Source: an uncultured Planctomycetaceae bacterium
GTDB lineage: Bacteria > Planctomycetota > Planctomycetia > Planctomycetales > Planctomycetaceae
Assembly (NCBI GenBank): GCA_963815195.1
Contig: CAWFGE010000015.1
Coordinates: forward strand, 224,001 to 288,000
Reading direction: 5' to 3'
Length of the DNA stretch: 64,000 nucleotides
Notes under the pieces: model-generated
Told to the model about the DNA's origin: nothing
The model's database searches: none
Seen by the model: only the letters and a program-made list of their open reading frames with translations
Made by a program: the position numbers and the translations under genes
In this document: positions 44,077 to 53,576 of the stretch, piece by piece
Layout of the letters: every line of letters begins with the position of its first letter
Position numbering within the stretch: position 1 is the stretch's first letter

Positions 44077-44627
44077 GCCGAAACAGCCCAACCGGCCCGG
44101 CGGACGAGTTGCTCGAAGCGATGGTGGCGGCGATTCTGGAACGCCGCGAGCGAGAAACGGACGGGCAACAAAACAGACGAGCGTCGGCTCGAACAAAATA
44201 AGGGGAATCCATGCCTGCCGAAAACCCAACCACGAAAGAGGCCCCCTTCTGCATCTCTGCCACGGAATCTCTTTTGCTTGGAATTGCGTTTGAGAACTAC
44301 GGATTGGAACGCGGAGGCCCCCGCGACGGTGGGAACGCGGCGGAACTGGGGGATTATAGGGGGCGTGTGGAATCCCCCATGATCCCAGCATAACGGGACG
44401 GAGTCCGCGTAGGATTGATGAACTCTGCCTCAAAATGCTTGGGGGATTAGGGGGGGGGGGTAGAAATCCAAATCAGACACAAACGCGGCTAGGGCGACGG
44501 CCCGAAAACCTGACCTGACAGGCCCGCCGCGTTTCTTCTTGAATCAGGGACCACGTAATCAGGACCGTGGCGATGCCAAAACCCGATCTAATTTGCCCGA
44601 CGTGTGGTGGCGATCTAGAGCCTGCGG

Positions 44628-45284
44628 ATGCAGGCCGCACTTGCGACAATTGCCGTTCTCCCCGTGGAAAAATCGTGGAGTCTCTGGACGGCACTCGAAT
44701 TGCATCGCAGGCACGGTGATTCGATCCCCCGAATCTTGAGCGGTGGGTGGATCAAACTGGAACAGGCGGGGCATGAGCTAGCCCGCCGGGAAGACCGTCA
44801 TGAGGAATACAAGGCCGACGGGCCGACGGGCAAACTCGAATTCCTCATTCGCTGGGCGATGGGAAAATATGGCATTTCCCGAAATGATTGTTTCGGCATG
44901 CGGGTTGAAGATTTCCTCGAAAAGATCGCACAAATTGACCCGCCGGAAAAAAATCATTCTGGCAACCCGCCAAGCGGTGATGACGTGGCCCATTCCGATG
45001 ATTTGATGCTCGATTTGCTATCGAGTTGGAGTGGAAGACAATCGCAGGCCCGGCGAATCGTGGAATTCCTTTGGTCCTACAATCGGCTGGTGGGATGGGA
45101 CGTGCTGCCTAAGGAAGCATTTCAGGGGAATGGCCGGCCGACGGATGAAGCCATACTGAAAGCCCTTAAGCGAATTAAGACCAAACTGAGTGCTGTGTTT
45201 GAACGCTTGGGCGTGGATCTGGAAATCCACGAATCAGAACGCCGCGTGAGACTGATAAAGCCCTCAGACAAGCCGGACAGATAA
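44628..45284 (+). CDS. Hypothetical protein, possible C-terminal winged-helix regulator
   Basis: 218-aa ORF upstream of the replication module; start uncertain. Confidence 0.5.
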   Translation: MQAALATIAVLPVEKSWSLWTALELHRRHGDSIPRILSGGWIKLEQAGHELARREDRHEEYKADGPTGKLEFLIRWAMGKYGISRNDCFGMRVEDFLEKIAQIDPPEKNHSGNPPSGDDVAHSDDLMLDLLSSWSGRQSQARRIVEFLWSYNRLVGWDVLPKEAFQGNGRPTDEAILKALKRIKTKLSAVFERLGVDLEIHESERRVRLIKPSDKPDR

Positions 45285-45312
45285 AGGGACATCAATGTCC
45301 CTCTGACTGTCG
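45275..45312. promoter_or_regulatory. Palindromic operator candidate upstream of the excisionase/primase operon
   Basis: GACAGATAA-AGGGACAT-CA-ATGTCCCT-CTGACTGTC. Confidence 0.5.
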
Positions 45313-45369
45313 GCATTCCTCCATAGACTCCGAGTGTGGTTTTCACTGAAGTCTCTGGAGGATTTTTTT

Positions 45370-45534
45370 ATGGCTGATGACTTATTAGAGCGGATTCCCC
45401 GCCCCGAGGAAATCAAACGGGAATTGGCCCCCTATTTGCGGGCCGTCGATTTGCTCAAAAAGCTGTTGAAGCTTGCCGAATATCGCGACCGCATGGAAGG
45501 AAATCGGGAGCGAAAAGGGGGGTCAAATGATTGA
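45370..45534 (+). CDS. Small hypothetical protein
   Basis: GGAGG RBS; stop overlaps the next start. Confidence 0.55.
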   Translation: MADDLLERIPRPEEIKRELAPYLRAVDLLKKLLKLAEYRDRMEGNRERKGGSND

Positions 45535-45754
45535 GCCTCTTCTCCTCGACAAGCTGGAAACGGCCCGGCGGCTGGGCATTAGCGTGCGCGGCCTTGACCG
45601 ACTCATCCGCGATCCTGATAACCCGCTTCCCTACATTCCGGTTGGGCGACTCATTAAATTCCGGCCGGCCGACGTACAGCGGTGGTTAGAGGGGAAGGTG
45701 ACGACCGCGCATCCGCCGCGGCAGGTATTGAAAAGCAAAGGGGGTGCCGAGTGA
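45527..45754 (+). CDS. Excisionase/AlpA-like HTH protein
   Basis: LLLDKLETARRLGISVRGLDRL..LPYIPVGRLIKFRPADVQRWLE. Confidence 0.85.
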   Translation: MIEPLLLDKLETARRLGISVRGLDRLIRDPDNPLPYIPVGRLIKFRPADVQRWLEGKVTTAHPPRQVLKSKGGAE

Positions 45755-48294
45755 CCGACACCCCCCAAAAGATTGTCCTTTTTGATTCTATACCCGATGC
45801 CCTCAAAAGTCTGCCCCAATGGGTGCTCTGGAGAGGTGTGGAACGCGACGGAGAGAAAACCAAACTCCCATTCCGAACGAACAACCGACCTGCGCAAAGC
45901 AACAATCCCAAAACTTGGGCTGCATTTTCTGCGGTCGCCCTTCGGATTGAGCAGTTACAGATTCCCGAACTGCGATTGCCTAACGCCATTCCCTACGATG
46001 GTCCCGGATTCGTCTTCTCGAAGGATGATCCGTTTGTGGGAATCGACCTCGACGGTTGCCGAGATCCTCAAACGGGAGAGATGGCCGAGTGGGCGGTTGA
46101 GATAATCCAACGATTTGACACCTACGCCGAAATCTCGCCATCGGAAACGGGTGTCAAAATCTTCGCGAAAGGGAATTGGCCTTTCGATCGGGGGAAGAAA
46201 GTCACGGTCGCTGTTCAGCCCGTTTGCGAGAAAAGGCCCGGCATCGAAGTCTATGCCCACCGTCGCTATTTCGCCGTTACAGGTTGGCAAGTAGAAAGCC
46301 GGCCCGGATCGGTAGAGGATTGCCAAGCGGCACTCGATTGGTTGGTGGGAAAGTATTTTGCACAACAGGCCAAAGTGCAGAGCACTCCCCAAACTCATCC
46401 TAAGAAGGTGCAGGAGCGGGCGAGAAACTACCTCGCCAAGCTTCCTCCCGCAATCAGCGGACAACGGGGGCATGATGCGACCTATCACGCGGCTTGCGTC
46501 TTGGTGCAGGGGTTTGACTTGGGGGCAGATGATGCATTCCTATTGTTGAGTGAGTGGAGTGCGACTTGCCAACCGCCTTGGTCGGAAGCCGAACTCCGGC
46601 ACAAGATTGAAGACGCCTCCCAGGAACCCGGCGAACGAGGATATTTGCTGAAAAGTTCGCGTTCCAATACTCCGACGGAAAGCGGTAACGGTAACGGAAG
46701 CCCTCAAAATGATCCGTTTTCCGACCTTCCGTTACCGTTACCGCCCCCAGAAATGGAATTCTCGCCTTTTCCTACGGACGAATTGCCCGAACCGATTTCC
46801 CGATTTGTGAAGGAGGGAGCAATAGCACTGGGGTGCGATGAAAGCTACATCGCCCTCCCCCTGTTGGCCGTGCTCGCCTCCGCCGTTGGAAATACGCGGC
46901 GAATCAAACTAAAGAATTCCTGGTGTGAACCTTGCGTTTTTTGGGCGGTTATTATCGGCGAGTCCGGAACGCTCAAAAGCCCGGCAATGGATCTCGCCTT
47001 GGAGGTTTTGAACTCGCTTCAAGACCAGGCGTTCCGGGATTACGAGGAAGCTTTTCGGAAACATGAGCTTTCGCTCATAAACCATGAAGCCGCACTCAAA
47101 GAGTGGAAAACCCAGGGGAGAAAACGGTTAGAACCTCCCCCCGAATCTCCGGAAGAACCCATTGCGGAGCGATTTGTCTGCGAAGATACCACGGTCGAAG
47201 CGATTGCGGTGCTCTTGCTGAATCAACCCCGTGGGATATTGATGAAACGGGATGAGCTATCCGGTTGGATTAACTCATTCGACGCCTATAAATCGGCACG
47301 CGGAGCCGATGTGGCCCACTGGTTGAGCATGCATCGTGCTGGCTCATTGACGGTCGACCGAAAGACCGGTCGCAAAGTGATTCGTGTTCCCCGGTCTGCC
47401 GTCTCTCTCACGGGCGGCGTGCAGCCGAAAACCTTGAAAGCCGCATTGGGCGGACGCTATCAGGGAGATGGCCCCGAGGCGATGGAAGACGTTTCCGGGG
47501 AACATTGGGAAAATGGACTGGCGGCACGGTTGCTGGTTGCGATGCCTCCCCGCAAACCAAAACATTGGACAGAAGACGACCTTTCCGAAGAAACAAAGAA
47601 AACGCTGGAAACTATAATTAAAACGCTATTCCAACTCGATTTTCAGGCTGGTGACGATGGTGAATTGCTTCCGGTGGATGTCCCCCTCTCGCTTCAAGCG
47701 AAATCGGTTTGGATTCGTTTTTACAACGAACACGCCCGCGAACAAACGGAGATGAGCGGCAATCTCGCGGCGGCATGGTCGAAACTGGAAGGCTACGCGG
47801 CTCGCTTCGCCTTGCTCATCCATCTTATACGCCAAGCTACGAATGACTCCACTTTGGTCAACCCAGAGTTGATAGATGGGCAAAGCGTAAGATCCGGCAT
47901 CGCCTTATCGCGGTGGTTCGGTGATGAGGCCGCGCGGGTTTATTGCAGCTTTCAGAAATCCGGGGAAGATTCCGATTCCGTAAAACGACGCCACTTGCTT
48001 CGTGTCATCAGCGAACACAGTGGCCGGATTACCGTACGCGAGTTGATGCAAGCCTCCCGCAATTACCGCGAGAGCGCGGATACTGCAGAATCCGCGCTCA
48101 ATGAATTGAGAGCGGCCGAGCTAGGCTCATGGAACGTCGTAAAGACCAAAGGCCGGTCAAGACGCGAATTTTGTCTCCACGATGCCGAATCAGGCCCCGA
48201 CAGGCCACAGGAACAAGCCGAGCATTCTTCATCCCAGGATGTTGACTCCGGTGCCTCGCCTGAGTCAGAGAATGACGAGTGGGGGACGATATGA
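45751..48294 (+). CDS. Primase-polymerase (AEP-like) / PriCT / DUF3987 helicase-like fusion
   Basis: QWVLWR, VGIDLDGC, YAEISPSETG, RYFAVTG; PPAISGQRGH..CQPPWSEAELRHK; GESGTLKS, DTTVEA, RDELSGW, GLAARLL. Confidence 0.85.
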   Translation: MTDTPQKIVLFDSIPDALKSLPQWVLWRGVERDGEKTKLPFRTNNRPAQSNNPKTWAAFSAVALRIEQLQIPELRLPNAIPYDGPGFVFSKDDPFVGIDLDGCRDPQTGEMAEWAVEIIQRFDTYAEISPSETGVKIFAKGNWPFDRGKKVTVAVQPVCEKRPGIEVYAHRRYFAVTGWQVESRPGSVEDCQAALDWLVGKYFAQQAKVQSTPQTHPKKVQERARNYLAKLPPAISGQRGHDATYHAACVLVQGFDLGADDAFLLLSEWSATCQPPWSEAELRHKIEDASQEPGERGYLLKSSRSNTPTESGNGNGSPQNDPFSDLPLPLPPPEMEFSPFPTDELPEPISRFVKEGAIALGCDESYIALPLLAVLASAVGNTRRIKLKNSWCEPCVFWAVIIGESGTLKSPAMDLALEVLNSLQDQAFRDYEEAFRKHELSLINHEAALKEWKTQGRKRLEPPPESPEEPIAERFVCEDTTVEAIAVLLLNQPRGILMKRDELSGWINSFDAYKSARGADVAHWLSMHRAGSLTVDRKTGRKVIRVPRSAVSLTGGVQPKTLKAALGGRYQGDGPEAMEDVSGEHWENGLAARLLVAMPPRKPKHWTEDDLSEETKKTLETIIKTLFQLDFQAGDDGELLPVDVPLSLQAKSVWIRFYNEHAREQTEMSGNLAAAWSKLEGYAARFALLIHLIRQATNDSTLVNPELIDGQSVRSGIALSRWFGDEAARVYCSFQKSGEDSDSVKRRHLLRVISEHSGRITVRELMQASRNYRESADTAESALNELRAAELGSWNVVKTKGRSRREFCLHDAESGPDRPQEQAEHSSSQDVDSGASPESENDEWGTI

Positions 48295-48584
48295 CTCTCC
48301 CGCAATTGTTGGCCGAATTGGCCCGGTTGGGGGTGCGGTTGGAGGCCGATGGGGAGCGGTTGCGGTACGCTCCCCGCGCGGCCCTGACTCCCGAATTGGC
48401 CGAGCCGCTGCGGGAGCACAAGCCCGCGTTGTTGGCCTATCTGCGGACCGGGAAAATCATCTTCGACGCCCAAACCGCAACCGCGGCCGATGTGCGGGCG
48501 GCCCTCGACTTTTTCAATCTGTCTCGCATCGGGAATTCCGATGTTGTACTCTCACAGAATCAGGAACCTTTTCAGGAAAGGTAA
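48291..48584 (+). CDS. Small protein with TubC-N-docking-like domain
   Basis: LLAELARLGVRLEADGERLRYAPRAALTPEL..LREHKPALLAYL. Confidence 0.7.
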   Translation: MTLPQLLAELARLGVRLEADGERLRYAPRAALTPELAEPLREHKPALLAYLRTGKIIFDAQTATAADVRAALDFFNLSRIGNSDVVLSQNQEPFQER

Positions 48585-48592
48585 ATCCCACA

Positions 48593-49954
48593 ATGGCAAG
48601 CATCACGAAGCAGCCCAACGGCCGGCGGACGATTCAGTTTACTGGTCCCGACGGTCGGCGGTTTTCCATCCGCCTGGGAAAAGTCACTCAGAGATTGGCC
48701 GAGCAAGTGAAGTTCCGGGTGGAACAACTCTTGGCTCCGAAGTTGGCTGGTCAAGCCCTCGATGCCGATACCGCCCGTTGGCTGGGCGAGATTGACGATT
48801 CTCTACATTCCAAGTTGGCCAAGGTGGGTTTGGTCGAATCCCGCGAACAAACGGCGGTGCAGGCCCTTGGGGCATTCCTTGAAGATTATGTGACCCGGCG
48901 AATCGACGTGAAGCCCGCAACCCAGGAAGTTTGGCGGCAAGTGATTCTGAATCTGACGAATCATTTTGGATACGATCGCGATTTGGCGAGCATCAATGAA
49001 GGCCATGCCGACGATTTCAAAATGTTCCTCATTTCTGAAAAACTGGCCCCCACCACAATTCACAAGCGGCTGCAATTCGCCCGGATGTTTTTCCGAGCGG
49101 CCAAAAAGCGAAAACTCATCTCAGAGAATCCATTTGCGGAAACGTCCGCCCCGGCGGGATCCTCATCAGCCCGGCAGCATTTCATCACGTTGGAGGACAC
49201 GGAGAAACTGTTATCGGTCGCGAATCCGACATGGCGAACGATCATCGGCCTCTGTCGGTTCGGTGGCCTACGCTGTCCCTCTGAAGTGCTTTCGCTCCGA
49301 TGGGAGGATGTGTTGTGGGATTCTCAGAAAATCGTGGTGACCTCGCCGAAGACAGAACACCACGCCGGCAAGGAAAACCGAATCATCCCGCTATTCCCCG
49401 AATTGTTGCCGATCCTGTTGGAAGCCTCCGAACTGGCCGACGATGGTGCGGAATACGTTGTCGGTGGAAATTATCGGGAAGCGGCCCAAGGCCCGTCAGG
49501 CTGGCGAAACAGCAATCTCCGAACGCAATTCGGGCGGATCGTGAAACGGGCGGGATTGTCCCCCTGGCCGCGGCTGTTTCACAATCTCCGCGCATCCCGC
49601 GAAACAGAATTGGTCAAGGAACATCCGATTCACGTGGTCACAAAGTGGCTGGGGAACACGCCCACGATCGCAACCAAGCATTATTTGCAAGTGACGGATG
49701 CCGACTTCGAGAGGGCAACCAGCCGGGAATCAAAAAGCGGTGCAAAATCCGGTGCATCATCTGCACCGCCTGGGGAAAAAGCGGTGCAAAATCCGGTGCA
49801 GACAGTGTACGCCACGTCTCGGCAAAAATCGTCTGAGTTGTTCCAACCCGATGGGAACTCAACAGTTCTGCCGAGTCTTGGCGAATCGTGCCGAGCAATG
49901 ACTGTACAAAAAAGCGGAGAGAGGGGGATTCTCATTAGGACTTGTCGTAAGTGA
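48593..49954 (+). CDS. Tyrosine integrase; ORF reads through the att copy
   Basis: GGLRCPSE (R), FHNLRAS (HxxR), WLGN, KHY catalytic positions. Confidence 0.93.
   Translation: MASITKQPNGRRTIQFTGPDGRRFSIRLGKVTQRLAEQVKFRVEQLLAPKLAGQALDADTARWLGEIDDSLHSKLAKVGLVESREQTAVQALGAFLEDYVTRRIDVKPATQEVWRQVILNLTNHFGYDRDLASINEGHADDFKMFLISEKLAPTTIHKRLQFARMFFRAAKKRKLISENPFAETSAPAGSSSARQHFITLEDTEKLLSVANPTWRTIIGLCRFGGLRCPSEVLSLRWEDVLWDSQKIVVTSPKTEHHAGKENRIIPLFPELLPILLEASELADDGAEYVVGGNYREAAQGPSGWRNSNLRTQFGRIVKRAGLSPWPRLFHNLRASRETELVKEHPIHVVTKWLGNTPTIATKHYLQVTDADFERATSRESKSGAKSGASSAPPGEKAVQNPVQTVYATSRQKSSELFQPDGNSTVLPSLGESCRAMTVQKSGERGILIRTCRK
49910..49928 (-). repeat. Second att-like tRNA(Ser) 3'-end copy
   Basis: AAAAGCGGAGAGAGGGGGA identical to 36707-36725; not followed by a complete tRNA. 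Confidence 0.8.
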
Positions 49955-50124
49955 TTGTCAAATCAGCACTTCCGGTTGCAACTCCTTGAGACTCTTGGAT
50001 TTCCGGTTTGTCATTTGAGTTCATCTGTAGTCAGGGTTTCTCAGGAATAGTCATTCGGATTGGCACATTGTGCCAATCCGAAATTTGGCTTCGGTGCCTT
50101 CATCAGACCATGGAGGTACTGAAC

Positions 50125-52407
50125 ATGGTGATTGATACTGGGCCTTTTTTTCAAGGCCGCAGAAGACGCAAGCACGGATTGCGAGGAGCGATTTATGCTC
50201 GCTATTCCACCCGCTTCCAGCATTCGATTGATGACCAAGTCCGCGAGGACCGCGAGTGGGCCGACCGCAATGGAATCGAGGTGGTCCGAGTTTTTACGGA
50301 TAAGGCCGAGAAAGGACGCAGCACACGGCGGAAGGGACTCAAGGCGTTACAGCAGGCGTTGGAAAACGACGAGATTGATGTCGTGATCGTTTTCACCACG
50401 AACCGGTTGTATCGCAAGATGTACCAGTCGCTGATGTTTGTGGAAGAAGAAATCGTCGACCGTGGCAAACGCTGCGTGTTTGTGCGGTCGGGGATCGATA
50501 CGGCCGATTCGGACGATTGGCGGCAACGGCTCCAACTTCATGCCCTAATTGATGAATTTCTGGTGCAGACCATTGCCAAACACGTGCATGCCGCTCACGA
50601 GGGCTTGCTCTTGCAAATTCGCGTGTTCGGCACGCTCACCTTTGGTTATACGGGAGAAGAAATTCCCGGCGTCACCACGCGGTTAGGACGCCCGGCTCGC
50701 CGGCTGATCATCGATCCGGAAACCAAAAAATGGGTCAAGAAGATCTTTCGCTGGTTTACGCAGTTCGAGTTGAGCTTGGCGGAAATCATTCGTCGCCTCA
50801 ATGCCAAAGGAGCTCCGTTGCCTCCGCGATCCACAACCAAGCGTTGGACTCGTTTAGCGGTCCGCGGAGTGCTCACCAATGCCCGTTACATTGGCTGTTG
50901 GGCCTACGGTTCCACGAAAGCTGTTTGGCTCAACAAAAAGTCTTACAGCCGCCAAGTGCCGCGGGACGCCCCTCTTCGCGAAATTACAATCGAAGATTTG
51001 CGCATCATCGATGATGTGACTTGGGCTAAAGCTCAAGAGCGTTTGCACAATTTGCAGCAAAACGCGGGTCGACACCCCAAGGATGGGGACCGGAAGTCCC
51101 GGCCTCGGGTTCTGAACAATCTGATCTATTGTGAAAAACACCATGAGAAGGCACTTCACGTGGGTAACGCCTACGGCAAATACATGTTTTGCAGTGTTTG
51201 CCGGGATTCCGCGGAACGGTTCCTATTTTCTCAACTTCCCCGAAAGTTGGCTTTGGAACTGATATGCGACCGATTGGCGGCGTTGATCCGCGAGGACGAA
51301 GACCTTATCCAAAAATGTATCACCGCCGCGCAAGAAACCGTGGAGGAATTTGAGCGACCCGATCCGAGTCGGCTTGCCGATCTTAACCGGCAACTCGTGC
51401 GTTTGAACGGGAACATCCAGTTTATCCTGGATGCTCCCGGTGAAACTGATGAAGACCAAGACGAAAACCACAAACGTCTTACCGCCCTGCGTCGCGAACG
51501 AGCGACGGTTCAACGCGAGATTGCCGAGCAGGAGGAACTGGCCCAACGCCCGCTCGATATTCCGAATCCAGACGAAATTCGCGAGCAGTTGGACCAGTTT
51601 GCCGAGATTCTCCAGCGGGCCGCCGAGAGCGACGATCCGGAAGAACTCGCGGCCGCAAGACAGATCATCCGCTTGATCACAGGCGGACGAATCATCGCTT
51701 CCCAATGTGGGGAGCGAAAACAGAAGCGAGGCTGGGTGCGGTTGCGGTTTTCCGTCAATCTCCTTCGCCTCATCAGCATTCCGAATGATGTTTCGTCGAA
51801 CGGCGAACTGGAAGTTGAGATTGACGTTCTGCCGCCGGACACGACCGAACACGAATCGGAGCGGGTGAAGAAGCTTTATGATGCCGGATTGGAGATTCGG
51901 GAAATCGCGAATCAAACCGGTTGGCATCGGAATCGCGTGACCAAACTACTCAAATATTGGTTTGAATCGCGCGGGCTCGAAATGCCGAACAACCGCGCCC
52001 GGCGGCATCAGTTGCCAAAAAAGCAAGAGGATCTTCCGGTCTACCAACAGATTGCCGATGAAGTGCATTCGTTGTGGTTCGACGGGCTGTCGGATTCCGA
52101 AATGGGCCGCCGGTTTGGGTGCAGTGATACCACCGTGCAAAAGGCTTTTGTTTGGTGGCACACGTCCCGGAATCTGCCGGTTCCGAACAAGGAAAGCCGC
52201 CGTCAAGCTTTGCGGGAACGGGTGAAACGGCTTTCTGACCGGAGGGTCCCTCTTAAGAAGATTGCGAAAGACGTGGGCGTTTCCGACGTCACGGTCCGCA
52301 AGTTGTTGAAGGAATGGTATGCCGACCAAGGGCTTTCCATGCCGGACGGTCGGACGACGCGACACCAGCCGCCCAAGCCGGGGGACAACACCTCCACAAT
52401 GGCATAG
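50125..52407 (+). CDS. Large serine recombinase with three C-terminal HTH-like repeats
   Basis: AIYARYSTRFQ catalytic Ser motif, NRLYR, FGY, L.N.RYIG, IIDD.TW, Cys cluster and coiled coil. Confidence 0.92.
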   Translation: MVIDTGPFFQGRRRRKHGLRGAIYARYSTRFQHSIDDQVREDREWADRNGIEVVRVFTDKAEKGRSTRRKGLKALQQALENDEIDVVIVFTTNRLYRKMYQSLMFVEEEIVDRGKRCVFVRSGIDTADSDDWRQRLQLHALIDEFLVQTIAKHVHAAHEGLLLQIRVFGTLTFGYTGEEIPGVTTRLGRPARRLIIDPETKKWVKKIFRWFTQFELSLAEIIRRLNAKGAPLPPRSTTKRWTRLAVRGVLTNARYIGCWAYGSTKAVWLNKKSYSRQVPRDAPLREITIEDLRIIDDVTWAKAQERLHNLQQNAGRHPKDGDRKSRPRVLNNLIYCEKHHEKALHVGNAYGKYMFCSVCRDSAERFLFSQLPRKLALELICDRLAALIREDEDLIQKCITAAQETVEEFERPDPSRLADLNRQLVRLNGNIQFILDAPGETDEDQDENHKRLTALRRERATVQREIAEQEELAQRPLDIPNPDEIREQLDQFAEILQRAAESDDPEELAAARQIIRLITGGRIIASQCGERKQKRGWVRLRFSVNLLRLISIPNDVSSNGELEVEIDVLPPDTTEHESERVKKLYDAGLEIREIANQTGWHRNRVTKLLKYWFESRGLEMPNNRARRHQLPKKQEDLPVYQQIADEVHSLWFDGLSDSEMGRRFGCSDTTVQKAFVWWHTSRNLPVPNKESRRQALRERVKRLSDRRVPLKKIAKDVGVSDVTVRKLLKEWYADQGLSMPDGRTTRHQPPKPGDNTSTMA

Positions 52408-52449
52408 AAAAGTCCGTTCCCAACACAATTTCTCCAAATCAATCGATAC

Positions 52450-52479
52450 AGCGGAGTCGTCCTGTGCGACTCCGCTTTT
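52450..52479 (+). terminator. Intrinsic terminator
   Basis: AGCGGAGTCG-TCCTGTG-CGACTCCGCT-TTT. Confidence 0.7.
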
Positions 52480-52570
52480 CATTTGGGACGACGCAAACCC
52501 ACGCGATTTTGGGCTCCGCCTTCGTCAACACAACAATCTTTATCCATACTTTCCAAAAGGGAACTTATCA

Positions 52571-53392
52571 ATGACAAGTCTCACGCCTTCCGCCCGCACG
52601 ACTTCCGAAAGGGATCCAACGGTCTCGACATCGCACAATAGAACACCCTCAGCCGCCGTGTTGAGCTATACCACCCGAGGTGCGGTAACGAAACCGTTCG
52701 TGGAAATCGAAAACCTCATATGGCTTGTGCTGCATCAGGATGATCGTCGCGAGATATCTGAACTTCGTTTGGCGGGTTACACCGGTGGCCCTGTCCCTTG
52801 GGGCGTCGGTTGGGGCGGTGCCGAGCGAATGCTGTTCGAGAAGAACCTGCATTTGCAGCCCCAATTTGGTGCACGCGGTCGCCGTTTGAATCTGCGGCAG
52901 GCAAATGTTGTTCGACATGCGCGCCGCATGAAGCGTATCCTCCGACTTCGCCCCAACGCCCAAAAAGTTGCAATCCGAGAACGAATCCAACTCCCGCGTT
53001 TGTGGGCCGCCTTCGATAAAGCGATGGCTGAAACCATCACAGGGGACGGACCCGAGTTTTCTGGAATGTGTCATCTCACGGGCCAATCGCCATCCGAGCT
53101 TTTGGTTTCCTCGCAGCGAACCATTGGGAATCTCATTGCGTTTCCGCTGGATTGGGTCAGTCATGCCTGGGAAAAGATTGTCCAAATCTACGCCGATCTC
53201 GAACGATTTCCACGTTATCAAGTCGTTCCTTTCGGTAATACGGGAGCATCCCTGAGGGGTTACCGTGGCGCTTGCGAGTTCGACTTCTACGAAACTCGGT
53301 TTGCTACTCCTTCCACCAAACCGTTCGTCTCCATTGAAGAAGGCGCTCGAAACACTTCTAACGAAGAGGTTTGCGAAATCACCCTCACCTAA
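52571..53392 (+). CDS. Hypothetical protein
   Basis: 273-aa ORF with purine-rich upstream sequence; no family recognised. Confidence 0.55.
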   Translation: MTSLTPSARTTSERDPTVSTSHNRTPSAAVLSYTTRGAVTKPFVEIENLIWLVLHQDDRREISELRLAGYTGGPVPWGVGWGGAERMLFEKNLHLQPQFGARGRRLNLRQANVVRHARRMKRILRLRPNAQKVAIRERIQLPRLWAAFDKAMAETITGDGPEFSGMCHLTGQSPSELLVSSQRTIGNLIAFPLDWVSHAWEKIVQIYADLERFPRYQVVPFGNTGASLRGYRGACEFDFYETRFATPSTKPFVSIEEGARNTSNEEVCEITLT

Positions 53393-53576
53393 ATTCAGGC
53401 CAAAAAGGTGGCATTATATAAGGGGAATGCTTACCTCTTGGCGAGCGGTCCATTCACATTTTCGGCTCGGCGATTTTCCAGTCATTTGGCTGGTGTCGCC
53501 GAGCTTTTTTTCGTTTCACCGAAAGGAGATCAGATATGCCGAACAAACCAACGCTGTCGGTGGTAAGCCTGAGAGA

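Larger units (their letters stand above)
36707..49928 (+). mobile_element. 13.2-kb integrative satellite-like element carrying type I R-M
   Basis: Direct att repeats; integrase, excisionase-like HTH and primase-DUF3987; no capsid, tail or conjugation genes seen. Confidence 0.8.
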
